Under the pieces are notes generated by a model that saw only the letters and a list, made by a program, of their open reading frames with translations, did not search any database and was not told where the DNA came from. Positions 27,084 to 36,335 of a stretch of 64,000 nt of DNA are shown piece by piece. Both the position numbers and the translations under genes were made by a program. The DNA is from Vulcanimicrobiales bacterium (GTDB lineage: Bacteria > Vulcanimicrobiota > Vulcanimicrobiia > Vulcanimicrobiales > Vulcanimicrobiaceae). Location: positions 32,001 through 96,000 of the forward strand of contig JBBQQR010000001.1 of NCBI GenBank assembly GCA_038215615.1, written 5' to 3'. Position 1 is the first letter of the stretch. Each line of letters begins with the position of its first letter.

Positions 27084-27453
27084 CGGCCTGCTATACAGCA
27101 AAGAACACGAGTGGGTGAAGATCGACGGCGAGACCGCGACGGTCGGAATCACCGGCTACGCGCAAGATTCGCTTGGCGACATCGTCTACGTTGAGTTACC
27201 CAAAGCCGGCAAAGAGGTCGCGCAGTTTGCGGCGGTCGGCGTCGTCGAATCGGTGAAGGCTGTTTCCGACTTGTTTACGCCTATTGGCGGTGAGGTTACC
27301 GAGATCAATACCGGGCTGGAAAACGATCCGGCGCTGGTCAACCGCGAGCCGTTCGAAGGCGGCTGGCTCTTCAAAGTGAAGCTTTCGGGCGACGCGCAAA
27401 CGTCGGGGCTGATGTCGGCCGCCGACTACGAGAACTTCACTAAAGAAAGCTAA
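27070..27453 (+). CDS. gcvH: Glycine cleavage system H protein
   Basis: YSKEHEWV, GITGYAQDSLGDIVYVELP, VESVKA lipoyl-Lys motif. Confidence 0.98.
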   Translation: MAQPDGLLYSKEHEWVKIDGETATVGITGYAQDSLGDIVYVELPKAGKEVAQFAAVGVVESVKAVSDLFTPIGGEVTEINTGLENDPALVNREPFEGGWLFKVKLSGDAQTSGLMSAADYENFTKES

Positions 27454-27456
27454 CAC

Positions 27457-28857
27457 TTGTACACGCCCCACACGGAACGCGACATCGCGCAGATGCTGCA
27501 GACGGTCGGCGTCGATTCGCTCGACGCGCTGTTGCGCGTCCCCGACGCAGTGAAGCTGCGCGAAAAACTCGAGGTCGTTCCGGCGCTGCCGGAAACCGGA
27601 ATCGTGAGCCGCTTCGAAGAGCTCGCCCGCATGAATCCGGGCGCCTCGTGCATTTCGTTCCTCGGCGCGGGCAGCTACCGGCACTACGCTCCGCCGGCAA
27701 TTAGCGCGCTGGCCATGCGCGGCGAATTTCTCACCGCCTACACGCCCTATCAGGCGGAAGTATCCCAAGGCTACCTGCAAGCGATTTACGAGTGGCAGAC
27801 GTACATCTGTTTGCTGACCGGAATGGATATCGCGAACGCTTCGGTGTACGACGGCGCGACCGCGCTGGCCGAAGCCGCAATCATGGCGCTCAATGAAAAC
27901 GGGCGGCAGAAGATCTTGGTTTCGCGCGCCATTCATCCGAATTATCGCGCGGTGCTCAAAACGTATTGCGACGGCCTGGACGTAACGATCGAAGAGCTGC
28001 CGGTCGCCGAGGACGGCACGACCGATCTCGGCGAGCTTGCGAGTCTAACCGCGACAAAAGAGTACGCGTGCGTCGCGCTGCAGTCGCCGAACTTTTTCGG
28101 CGTCATCGATACGCCCGGTTCGGCCGGGCAAGCCGCGCTCAAAGAGAGCGGCACCGTGTTGGTGGCGGTGATTGCCGAAGCGATGTCGCTCGGCGCACTG
28201 CAGCCTCCGTCGCAGTGGGGAGCGGGCATCGTCACGGGTGAAGCGCAGAGCTTCGGCGTGCCGGTTGCTTACGGCGGCCCATACGTTGGATTTATCGCGG
28301 CGACAAAAGAACATCTGCGCCGCATTCCGGGACGGCTGGCCGGTAAGACGGTTGATTCAAACGGCAAGGAAGGCTACGTTCTGACGCTGCAAGCGCGCGA
28401 ACAGCATATCCGCCGGGAGCGCGCGACTTCCAACATTTGTACCAACCAGGCGCATTGCGCGCTGATCGCCACGATCTATCTGGCGCTGGTCGGGAAAACC
28501 GGTCTGCGCGATGTCGCGGCGGCGAATCTGCAGCGCACGCGTGAGCTCGCGGCAGCGGTTGAGTCAATCGACGGCTGCTCGCTGAAATTTTCGGCGCCGA
28601 ATTTCAACGAAATCGTCGTCTGCGTGCATCAGCCTGCGCGGCACGCGCTGGCGAAGCTGGAGCAGCGGGGCATTTTAGGCGGAGTCGACCTCGGACGCTA
28701 CTATCCCGAGTACGACAATTGCATTTTGATGGCCGCCACGGAAATGACGACGTCGCGGGATATTCAAACCTTGGCCAAAGCGCTGCACGAGGTCGTCCAT
28801 GTCCACACCTCGACCCGCTCAGGGCCGGCTGCGTCGGATGAAACTGTCAATGTCTGA
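27457..28857 (+). CDS. gcvPA: Glycine dehydrogenase subunit 1
   Basis: EFLTAYTPYQAEVSQG, NASVYDGATA, LQAREQHIRRERATSNICTNQ. Confidence 0.97.
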   Translation: MYTPHTERDIAQMLQTVGVDSLDALLRVPDAVKLREKLEVVPALPETGIVSRFEELARMNPGASCISFLGAGSYRHYAPPAISALAMRGEFLTAYTPYQAEVSQGYLQAIYEWQTYICLLTGMDIANASVYDGATALAEAAIMALNENGRQKILVSRAIHPNYRAVLKTYCDGLDVTIEELPVAEDGTTDLGELASLTATKEYACVALQSPNFFGVIDTPGSAGQAALKESGTVLVAVIAEAMSLGALQPPSQWGAGIVTGEAQSFGVPVAYGGPYVGFIAATKEHLRRIPGRLAGKTVDSNGKEGYVLTLQAREQHIRRERATSNICTNQAHCALIATIYLALVGKTGLRDVAAANLQRTRELAAAVESIDGCSLKFSAPNFNEIVVCVHQPARHALAKLEQRGILGGVDLGRYYPEYDNCILMAATEMTTSRDIQTLAKALHEVVHVHTSTRSGPAASDETVNV

Positions 28858-30319
28858 TCATACCGCTTCGCCGCTCATTTTTGAGTCCGGTCAGGACGGC
28901 CGGGCCAATCGTTACTTCGAACGCGGAAAGGGTTTAGATCAATTCTTGCCGCGCGAAGTCTTGCGCGCCGACCTGCCGATTCCCGACAACAGCGAAATGG
29001 ACGTCGTGCGTCACTTTACGCGGCTTTCGCAGCGCACGTTCGGAATCGACGTTGGGTTTTATCCGCTGGGCTCGTGCACGATGAAATACAATCCGCGCGT
29101 CAACGATGCGATGGCGAACCTTCCGGGGCTGCGCGACCTGCATCCATACACTCCCGACGCACAAGCGCAAGGCGCCCTGCGGATCATGTGGGAGCTCGAG
29201 CGCAGTCTGTCCTCGCTCTTCGGTATGGCGGCGTTTTCGCTCAATCCGTCCGCGGGCGCCCATGCTGAACTCGCGGCGTTGCTGATCGCGAAGGCGTACT
29301 TCAAGAGTCGTGGCGAGACCAAGCGCGACAAAGTCATCGTTCCGGACACGGCGCACGGCACCAATCCCGCTTCGGCGGCGATGTGCGGTTTCAAAGTCAT
29401 CTCGCTAAAGAGCGACAAACGCGGACGCGTCAGTGTCGACGAAGTCAAGAAAGTGCTGGGCGACGATACAGCGGTCGTGATGATGACCAACCCCAACACG
29501 CTGGGCCTCTTCGAAGATCACGTGCACGAGATAACGCGCGCGGTCCACGGAGCCGGCGGCTTGTGCTATTACGACGGCGCAAACGCCAATGCGCTGATGG
29601 GCAACGCGCGGCCGGGCGACATGGGCTTCGATCTCATGCATCTCAACCTGCACAAGACGTTTACGATTCCGCACGGCGGCGGCGGCGCCGGTTCGGGTCC
29701 GCTCGGCGTCGCGAAGCATTTGGTCGATTTCTTGCCGACGCCGTACGTTCGGAAGAAGAACGACGCGTTTGTATTAGATTTCGACATGCCCAAGAGCATT
29801 GGCCCAATGCGGTCGTTCTGGTCGAACTTCGCGCACATCGTGCGCGCGCTCGCATACGTGTACGCCAACGGCGCTGAAGGGCTGACGAAAGTTTCGCAAC
29901 TTGCGGTCCTCAATGCGAACTATCTGCGCGTCAAAATCCGCGAATTCTTGGAGACGCCGTACGACGAGATTTGCCGGCACGAGTTCGTGGCGTCGGCGCA
30001 GGCACTGAAGAAAGAGACCGGCGTGCGCGCGCTCGACATAGCCAAGGCTCTGCTCGACCGCGGCTATATGGCGCCGACGATGTACTTCCCGCTGATCGTT
30101 CCCGAATGTCTGATGATCGAGCCGACCGAGACGGAGTCAAAAGAAACGCTCGACGCATTCGTTGATGCGCTGCGCGATATAGTCGAAACGGCGAAGGGCG
30201 AACCGGAGAAGATTTTAGCCGCGCCGATAACCACGGTCGTCGGTCGGCTCGACGAAACGCGCGCCGCCCGCGAACCCGATTTGCGGTGGCGCCCACGATC
30301 GAGCCCAGCTAAAGCCTGA
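28850..30319 (+). CDS. gcvPB: Glycine dehydrogenase subunit 2
   Basis: YPLGSCTMKYNP, AHGTNPASA, HLNLHKTF PLP-Lys motif, IEPTETESKETLD; start 28850 preferred over 28799. Confidence 0.97.
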   Translation: MSDHTASPLIFESGQDGRANRYFERGKGLDQFLPREVLRADLPIPDNSEMDVVRHFTRLSQRTFGIDVGFYPLGSCTMKYNPRVNDAMANLPGLRDLHPYTPDAQAQGALRIMWELERSLSSLFGMAAFSLNPSAGAHAELAALLIAKAYFKSRGETKRDKVIVPDTAHGTNPASAAMCGFKVISLKSDKRGRVSVDEVKKVLGDDTAVVMMTNPNTLGLFEDHVHEITRAVHGAGGLCYYDGANANALMGNARPGDMGFDLMHLNLHKTFTIPHGGGGAGSGPLGVAKHLVDFLPTPYVRKKNDAFVLDFDMPKSIGPMRSFWSNFAHIVRALAYVYANGAEGLTKVSQLAVLNANYLRVKIREFLETPYDEICRHEFVASAQALKKETGVRALDIAKALLDRGYMAPTMYFPLIVPECLMIEPTETESKETLDAFVDALRDIVETAKGEPEKILAAPITTVVGRLDETRAAREPDLRWRPRSSPAKA

Positions 30320-30337
30320 CCGGGCACCGCTCTTCCC

Positions 30338-30814
30338 GTGGAGGCGCAGCGCGGAACGAGCCTGATCGAAGTGCTGCTCACCGTTGCGATTCTCGCGATG
30401 CTTTGGGCGATCGCGTCGATGAGTTTCGGCAACCGCGCATTTGAGACGCGATCCGCCGCGACGATCTTCGATGCACAACTTGCGCACGCGCGCGCAATTG
30501 CATCAACGGCCGGCGGGACGGCGACGCTAAGCTTCGCGATCGCGCCAAGCGGGAGTGGGACGGTCGTCTCGATCTCGCCCGCAGATGCGCCGCCCGAGAC
30601 GCTGCGCGCCGACGTCTCCGAGCGGACTCTGGGGAATCCGCCCTTCACGATTACGGTCGATGCCTACGGCCGCGCCGTGGCTCCCCAGCCCTGCCCGACC
30701 CAGGGCGGCTACACCCTCACGTTTTCCGCCGGGCCCGCCTCAGAGAGTCGCTTGCTTTCCTGCCCGGCCTCGGCCGCCGGGCCGCCGGAACCGGTTGGAA
30801 CCGTCCCTCCGTAG
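30338..30814 (+). CDS. Prepilin-type (FimT/GspH-like) minor pilin/pseudopilin
   Basis: QRG|TSLIEVLLTVAIL class III signal with Glu5; C-terminal Cys pair. Confidence 0.7.
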   Translation: MEAQRGTSLIEVLLTVAILAMLWAIASMSFGNRAFETRSAATIFDAQLAHARAIASTAGGTATLSFAIAPSGSGTVVSISPADAPPETLRADVSERTLGNPPFTITVDAYGRAVAPQPCPTQGGYTLTFSAGPASESRLLSCPASAAGPPEPVGTVPP

Positions 30815-30912
30815 CAGGCTCTTCTTGGGGCCGTCGGCTATAATCGAAGTAATAGGAGGCGACCCAGCGGGGGCGCCTTTCCGGTCCTCTAGGGGTTCTT
30901 TAGGGGCTAACG

Positions 30913-31392
30913 ATGCGAATCAAATTCGAGGTTTCGGCGGGCGGTCTCGTGCTCCGGCGGCGCGAGTCGGCCTACGATGCTTTGCTCATCGGGCGAGGCA
31001 CGCCGCGTGTCTGGACGCTGCCAAAGGGTCACGTTGAAGTGCGGGAATCCCACGAGCAAGCCGCCTTGCGCGAGGTCCGCGAGGAGACCGGCTGCTGGGC
31101 CGAGATCATCACCAAGATCAACGACATCTCGTACTGGTTTTACCTCAACCACCTCAAGCATAAGAAGTCCGTGACGTTTTACCTGATGCGCTATCTCTCC
31201 GGGGATACTGCGAATCACGATCATGAAGTCGACGAAGCCCGCTGGTTCGAAGTTGGGGCCGCGAAGCGAGCGCTCAAGTACGTCAACGAGAAGCGGCTGA
31301 TCGATATAGCCCAGGATTACCTGTTGGCCCATCCCACCGAGTTTGGCGATATTCCGGTTGTCGCGAGGGTTGCCGAGCAGCGTACCTCGTAA
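30913..31392 (+). CDS. NUDIX hydrolase
   Basis: SAGG, WTLPKGHVEVRESHEQAALREVREETG Nudix box; TATAAT at 30839-30844 upstream. Confidence 0.93.
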   Translation: MRIKFEVSAGGLVLRRRESAYDALLIGRGTPRVWTLPKGHVEVRESHEQAALREVREETGCWAEIITKINDISYWFYLNHLKHKKSVTFYLMRYLSGDTANHDHEVDEARWFEVGAAKRALKYVNEKRLIDIAQDYLLAHPTEFGDIPVVARVAEQRTS

Positions 31393-31401
31393 AGTAGCTC
31401 C

Positions 31402-32166
31402 GTGACCGATTCGGGCGCCCCGGCCGTCTTACAGCCTGACCAAAACGAACATGCACTCCGCGTTAGCGTTGCCAATTTTGACGGCCCGCTGGATCTGTTG
31501 CTACATCTGGTCAAAGAGAAGCAGCTCGACATCGCAACCGTCCCGCTTGCGTTAGTTGCGGAGCAGTTTCTCGAGTACGTTTCGATGATGCAAGCCGTCG
31601 ACGTTGAGGCCGCCGCCGAATATTTGGTCGTCGCCGCAACGCTGGTTTTCCTGAAGTCGCGCGCGCTGCTGCCGCCGATTCCCGCCGAGTTTCTGGAAGA
31701 GGGCGAATCGCCCGAAGAGGTCGAGGAGCGGCTGCGTCAGCGTCTCATCGCGTACTCGAAATACCGCGAGGTGGGCGAGGATCTGCGCCAGCGCCAGTTC
31801 GAGGCGTCGTCGTATTTCTTTCGCGACTTCGGCGATCCGCACGGCGAGCTGCGTCAGCGCTATCGCGTCGATCCCAACCGCCTCACGCACGCGTTTCTCA
31901 CGATGCTCCAAAGCGCGCGGCCCGAAAAGCGGACGATTGCGCGCGAGCGTTTGACGCTGGTCGCTTCGATGGATTACATCATGCGCCGGGTGCGCGAGCA
32001 GCGCGAGGTGCTGTTCTCGACTATCTGCAAAGAACTGGGCATGACGCGCGAATCGATCGTGGTGACATTTTTGGCGATCCTCGAACTTATTCGCCGCAAG
32101 CGTCTTTCTTACGATCAGCAAGCGCCTTTCGACGATATCCGGCTCTTCTTGGTGGCTAAAGCGTGA
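31402..32166 (+). CDS. scpA: Segregation and condensation protein A
   Basis: FDGPLDLLLHLV, AAEYLVVAATLVFLKSRALLP, VVTFLAILEL. Confidence 0.96.
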   Translation: MTDSGAPAVLQPDQNEHALRVSVANFDGPLDLLLHLVKEKQLDIATVPLALVAEQFLEYVSMMQAVDVEAAAEYLVVAATLVFLKSRALLPPIPAEFLEEGESPEEVEERLRQRLIAYSKYREVGEDLRQRQFEASSYFFRDFGDPHGELRQRYRVDPNRLTHAFLTMLQSARPEKRTIARERLTLVASMDYIMRRVREQREVLFSTICKELGMTRESIVVTFLAILELIRRKRLSYDQQAPFDDIRLFLVAKA

Positions 32167-32735
32167 ACGGAGAGGTCGATCAGTTGCGGCGCCCGATCGA
32201 GGCGCTGCTCTTCGTTGCCAGCGAAGCGTTGCCGATCAAAGAGATTGCGAAGCTGACGCGCGCATCGGAGACCGACGTTGCGACGGCGCTGCAGCAGATC
32301 GAAGCCGAGTACGCGGAGCGCGGCATCGTGCTGCGGGAAGTGGCCGGCGGCTACCGTTTCGCGACCGCTCCTTCGGCACGCGAAGTCGTGGAAGCCTATT
32401 TGCTGCCGCCGCGCACCAATCTCTCGACGCCCGCGCTCGAAACGCTGGCGATCGTCGCTTATCTTCAGCCCGTGACAAAAAGCGAGATCGAGGCGATTCG
32501 CGGTGTGGCTTCCGATAGCGTCGTTTCGACGCTGCTCGACCGGATGTTCATCGCCGAGGCAGGGCGCAAGGATGTCGTTGGCCGGCCGCTGCTCTACAAG
32601 ACGACGCCGGAGTTTTTGGAATCGTTCGGCTTGCGTTCGCTCGACGATCTTCCGCCGATGGAGTTGGAGCAAGGCCAGCCGCTCGAACTCGGTCTGTTGA
32701 CCGCCAACCTGACCGCAAGCGTTCCCGCGGAATAG
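32163..32735 (+). CDS. scpB: Segregation and condensation protein B
   Basis: IEALLF, LSTPALETLAIVAYLQPVTKSEIEAIRGV, GRPLLYKTT. Confidence 0.97.
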   Translation: MNGEVDQLRRPIEALLFVASEALPIKEIAKLTRASETDVATALQQIEAEYAERGIVLREVAGGYRFATAPSAREVVEAYLLPPRTNLSTPALETLAIVAYLQPVTKSEIEAIRGVASDSVVSTLLDRMFIAEAGRKDVVGRPLLYKTTPEFLESFGLRSLDDLPPMELEQGQPLELGLLTANLTASVPAE

Positions 32736-32739
32736 CTGC

Positions 32740-33591
32740 ATGCGAATCGGCGTGCACGTGCGCGTCTCCGCCGGCTATCCGGCAGCCATCGAATACGCCA
32801 AGCGCGTCAAGGCCACCGCAATGCAGATCTTTTCGAGCAATCCGCGCAGCTATCGCACGGGTCCGGTCAATCGGCCGGCGCTCGAAAGATTCCGCGAGCT
32901 GCGGAAAGACGCAGGCATCGAGCCATGCGCCATCCATACGCCGTATCTGATCAACCTCGCCGCCGAGAACGAAAAAGTTTCGACCGGTTCGCTCGCGCTG
33001 CTGCGCTACGATCTCGAGGCGGCCGAAGCCGGCGGCGTCAGTTATGTCAACACGCATCTCGGATCGTACGGCAAGCGCGATCGCAACGAAGGCTTTGCTT
33101 CCGCGTGCCGTCTGCTGAGCGCCGCGCTGGAAGGCATTACGCCCGGCGTGACGCTGGTGATGGAAAACTCCGCCGGGGCCGGCTCGCTCTGCGGCGGCAC
33201 ACTGGAAGAGCTCGGCAGGTTCATCAAAGCGATCGATCATCCGCAGTTGGGCGTCTGCCTCGACACGGCTCACGCATGGGCCGCGGGTTATGAAATCAAC
33301 TCGCAGCGTGGCGTGGACGACTTTCTTTACCAAGCCGCGGAGCAAATCGGTCTCGACCGCATTCCGATGTTCCATTTCAACGACACAGAAGTGCCGCTGG
33401 GGGGAAACCGCGACCGGCACCATCACATCGGGGAAGGCAACATCGGCTTCGACGGTTTTCGCGCGCTCGCTGCGCGTCCGGAGTTGCGCGACAAGACCGC
33501 GATTCTCGAAACGCCCGGCGAAGAAGCCGACGACGTGCGCAACGTTGAAGCGATCCGCGCGATATTCAAGGGCGCCGGCCACGAGATATGA
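32740..33591 (+). CDS. nfo: Endonuclease IV (AP endonuclease 2)
   Basis: IGVHV, HTPYLINLA, MENSAG, CLDTAHAWAAG, HFND, DRHHHIGEG, ILETP. Confidence 0.96.
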   Translation: MRIGVHVRVSAGYPAAIEYAKRVKATAMQIFSSNPRSYRTGPVNRPALERFRELRKDAGIEPCAIHTPYLINLAAENEKVSTGSLALLRYDLEAAEAGGVSYVNTHLGSYGKRDRNEGFASACRLLSAALEGITPGVTLVMENSAGAGSLCGGTLEELGRFIKAIDHPQLGVCLDTAHAWAAGYEINSQRGVDDFLYQAAEQIGLDRIPMFHFNDTEVPLGGNRDRHHHIGEGNIGFDGFRALAARPELRDKTAILETPGEEADDVRNVEAIRAIFKGAGHEI

Positions 33592-34643
33592 TCGCGCATT
33601 TCGACATCGACGCTTTTTATGCGAACGTCGAAATTCGCGACAACCCCGAGCTGCGCGGCAAGCCGGTCGCTGTAGCCGGAACGAGCCGTCGCGCGGTTGT
33701 CCTGACCGCGTCATATGAAGCACGCCCGTATGGCGTAAAATCGGCGGTCCCGCTCTGGCGCGCGCTCGAAGCGTGTCCCGAGCTCGTTGTGGTGCCGCCG
33801 AACATGCAGAAGTACCGGGACGTGTCGCGTCAAATCTTTGCCATCTTCGAACGGCGCGGCCATCCGGTGCAGGGCTTGTCGATGGATGAAGCGTTCGTGG
33901 ACTTCGGCGACTGCGCCGTCGCCCAAGCTCGCGAGTTGGCTCAAACCATTCGTCGCGAAATCTTCGACGAGTGCGGATTAACCGTGAGCGCGGGGGTCGC
34001 CACCGGAATGATGGTCGCGAAAATTCTCTGCGATTCGTGCAAACCCGACGGTTTAGAATCGCTGGCGCCCGGCTGCGAAGCGGAATTTCTCGCGCCGCTG
34101 CCCGTCGGCCGGCTGTGGGGCGTCGGCCCGAAGACACAAATGCGCTTGCAAGAACGCAGCATTACCACGATCGGCGACGTGGCCGCGCTTTCCGACGAAC
34201 GCGTGCGCGCAATTTTCGGATCGTGGGGAATGGAATTGCGCGATTTGGCGCGCGGCGTCGATCGCCGTAAGGTCGAGCCCGAGCGCGAAACCAAATCGAT
34301 CTCGACCGAGGAAACCTTCGAATATGACGTGCGCGACGAAAAACAATTGCGTGAACTCTTACGGGAGCAGGCGATGGAATTAGCGCAAAAGCTCGAGAAG
34401 GAAGGGCTGTCGGCGTGCACGATCGGCATCAAAATAAAGCGGGCCGACTTTCAAATCATCGTCCGGCAGACGAATCTGGCCGAACCGACGATGGACGCTC
34501 AGCAAATCTTCGTCTCCGCGGTCCATTGTCTGCGGCGCGCCGAGCTCGGCCGTTCGCCTGTGCGCCTGCTGGGAACCCGCGTGGCCTCGCTCGTGGCGGG
34601 CGAACCGAAACAGCAAACGTTATTCGCAGGTAGCCTGCAGTAG
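33588..34643 (+). CDS. dinB: DNA polymerase IV
   Basis: HFDIDAFYANVE, ASYEARPYGV, SMDEAF, LWGVGPKT, KSISTEETF. Confidence 0.96.
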   Translation: MIAHFDIDAFYANVEIRDNPELRGKPVAVAGTSRRAVVLTASYEARPYGVKSAVPLWRALEACPELVVVPPNMQKYRDVSRQIFAIFERRGHPVQGLSMDEAFVDFGDCAVAQARELAQTIRREIFDECGLTVSAGVATGMMVAKILCDSCKPDGLESLAPGCEAEFLAPLPVGRLWGVGPKTQMRLQERSITTIGDVAALSDERVRAIFGSWGMELRDLARGVDRRKVEPERETKSISTEETFEYDVRDEKQLRELLREQAMELAQKLEKEGLSACTIGIKIKRADFQIIVRQTNLAEPTMDAQQIFVSAVHCLRRAELGRSPVRLLGTRVASLVAGEPKQQTLFAGSLQ

Positions 34644-34653
34644 GAGGCTCGAC

Positions 34654-34977
34654 ATGATCGTAGCTACCACGGAAAATATCGCGGGTTACCGCGTCAAGGA
34701 AACAAAGGGCCAAGTCTTCGGGGTCGTCGTTCGAAGCCGCGGTCTGGGCGGAAATATTGTCGCGTCGCTGCGCGCAATCATGGGCGGCGAAATCAGGGAG
34801 TACACGCAGCTCGTCGAGGAGACGCGCCGTCACGCCATCGATCGCATGGTCCAAAACGCGCAAGCAATGGGTGCCGACGCCGTCGCGATGATGCGGTTCG
34901 ACTCTTCGGAAATGGGTTCAACGATGACCGAAGTCGTGGCTTACGGGACGGCCGTCACGCTGACGCCGGTGCAATAA
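34654..34977 (+). CDS. YbjQ/UPF0145 family protein
   Basis: MIVATTENIAG, GGEIREYT, GADAV, EVVAYGTAV. Confidence 0.93.
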   Translation: MIVATTENIAGYRVKETKGQVFGVVVRSRGLGGNIVASLRAIMGGEIREYTQLVEETRRHAIDRMVQNAQAMGADAVAMMRFDSSEMGSTMTEVVAYGTAVTLTPVQ

Positions 34978-35258
34978 TGCTGCGCGCAATTCTCATCCTG
35001 GCCGGACTCTGCGCGCTTGCGTTTGGACTTTACATGTTACGGTATTCGTTTCTGGGCGCACTGCCGGCATTGATGGCGGGCGGTGCGTTGCTGCTTGGTA
35101 CGCTCTTCGAAGGCCGTTACCGTCCGCGCGTTCGCGCGGGCTCTGATGGCTGGGAGCCGACCGGTGAGAAGTTCATCGATCCCGGCACGGGGAAACTCGT
35201 CGACGTCATTTACAATCCCAAAACGGGCGAACGCGAATATAAGGACGTTCCGCCGTAA
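34977..35258 (+). CDS. Small membrane protein
   Basis: 2 TM helices then TGEKFIDPGTGKLVDVIYNPKTGEREY; TAATG coupling to ybjQ. Confidence 0.75.
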   Translation: MLRAILILAGLCALAFGLYMLRYSFLGALPALMAGGALLLGTLFEGRYRPRVRAGSDGWEPTGEKFIDPGTGKLVDVIYNPKTGEREYKDVPP

Positions 35259-35274
35259 GCTGTGAGCCTACCGC

Positions 35275-35363
35275 TCCTCGACGTGCGCGCCTTTAGGGCG
35301 CGCTGCTCGGGGTCCTTCGACTCCGCATTCGCTAAAGGCGAATGCTTCGCTCAGGATGACACT
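35275..35363. repeat. REP-like palindromic intergenic element, copy 1
   Basis: Two units of CC(T)TCGAC-hairpin-CTC(A/G)GG; shares GGGTCCTTCGAC and GCTCAGGATGACACT with 57994-58056. Confidence 0.75.
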
Positions 35364-35369
35364 TCGGGG

Positions 35370-36335
35370 TTAAATATGATCGGTGGACCAGACTCCGTCG
35401 GCTGCGCCGGTCGCCTTCGCTCGCTCTAAGAATTTTTTTCCGCGAGCGCTAAGCGGCGCGATCATCAGGATCGCGTCTTTGCGTTTGCGCACGGAGCCGC
35501 GCGGTAATAGTCCGCGCATGTTGTCGGGCGGCAGCCAACCTGTAATTCTCCGCAGATCGCCCGCGGCCGAGCGCAAAAGCGGTGCAATAAGCCGGCGATC
35601 TTTTTCGCCGGCACACCCGAATTCGTCGAGCACGTAGGCATCGTGGGCGGGTTCGCGCTGGCCGAAAACGTAGGCCGCGATTCCGCGCCCGCGCCGTACG
35701 ACCAAATGCACGGCTTGCCCGCGCGTATGTTCCGAACCGTGCCCGATGCGTCTCTGAAGCCACTTCCAAAACGCAGGTCCTCGCTCGAACCCCCAATCGC
35801 GCAGCGACTGCGTTGCATCGAAACAGCGCCGGATCGCCGGCCAATCTTTTTGCGTCATGGGCGCGACATCGATGCGCGTCTCCGAAAGTGAATCGGCGCG
35901 AAATGAGATCAGCCGCGAAGAAAGCTCGACGAATCCGAGCGTCTTGTAAAACTGGGGATGAATGTCCGAAAAGAGGTAGGCAAAATCGAAGCGCTGCGTC
36001 GTTGCATTATCCAGCGCCATCGCGAGCATTGCGCTGGCGTAACCGCGGCCTCGCTGCTCGGGCGGTGTGAAGACGGCGCCGATGCCGATCGACGCGAGCC
36101 TGTTCGAGCGCAGCCACGCGATCCGCTCGTAGCGCTTAAACGATGCAACGATGGCTTTTCCCGCACGAAAGCCCAGCGTCTGATAGTGGCGCTTGCCATA
36201 GTCCGTGCGCGCGAGTTGGAGCGTTTGTGAAACGTACGCATCGAACGTCCGCCCGTTCGCCCAAAGCGGCGCGGTCAAAGGCAGTACGCGTTTGACGTAC
36301 TCCTCGGGTGGGATCGAACTGAGCGTTTCGCTCAT
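35370..36335 (-). CDS. GNAT acetyltransferase (Eis-like, extended)
   Basis: IGAVFTPPEQRGRGYAS acetyl-CoA motif, LFSDIHPQFYKTLGF. Confidence 0.85.
   Translation of the reverse strand: MSETLSSIPPEEYVKRVLPLTAPLWANGRTFDAYVSQTLQLARTDYGKRHYQTLGFRAGKAIVASFKRYERIAWLRSNRLASIGIGAVFTPPEQRGRGYASAMLAMALDNATTQRFDFAYLFSDIHPQFYKTLGFVELSSRLISFRADSLSETRIDVAPMTQKDWPAIRRCFDATQSLRDWGFERGPAFWKWLQRRIGHGSEHTRGQAVHLVVRRGRGIAAYVFGQREPAHDAYVLDEFGCAGEKDRRLIAPLLRSAAGDLRRITGWLPPDNMRGLLPRGSVRKRKDAILMIAPLSARGKKFLERAKATGAADGVWSTDHI

Noticed and set aside
30880..30910. ykkC-type (ADP-sensing) riboswitch before the NUDIX gene
   Set aside because: Only a loose CTAGGGGTT resemblance; too short and lacking the 3' conserved stem.
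32548..34137. 529-aa minus-strand ORF and many similar long alternative-frame ORFs (e.g. 4018-5784, 22539-23777, 40809-41909)
   Set aside because: They overlap well-supported genes, are Arg/Ala/Pro-rich with no motifs, and are expected shadow ORFs in high-GC DNA.
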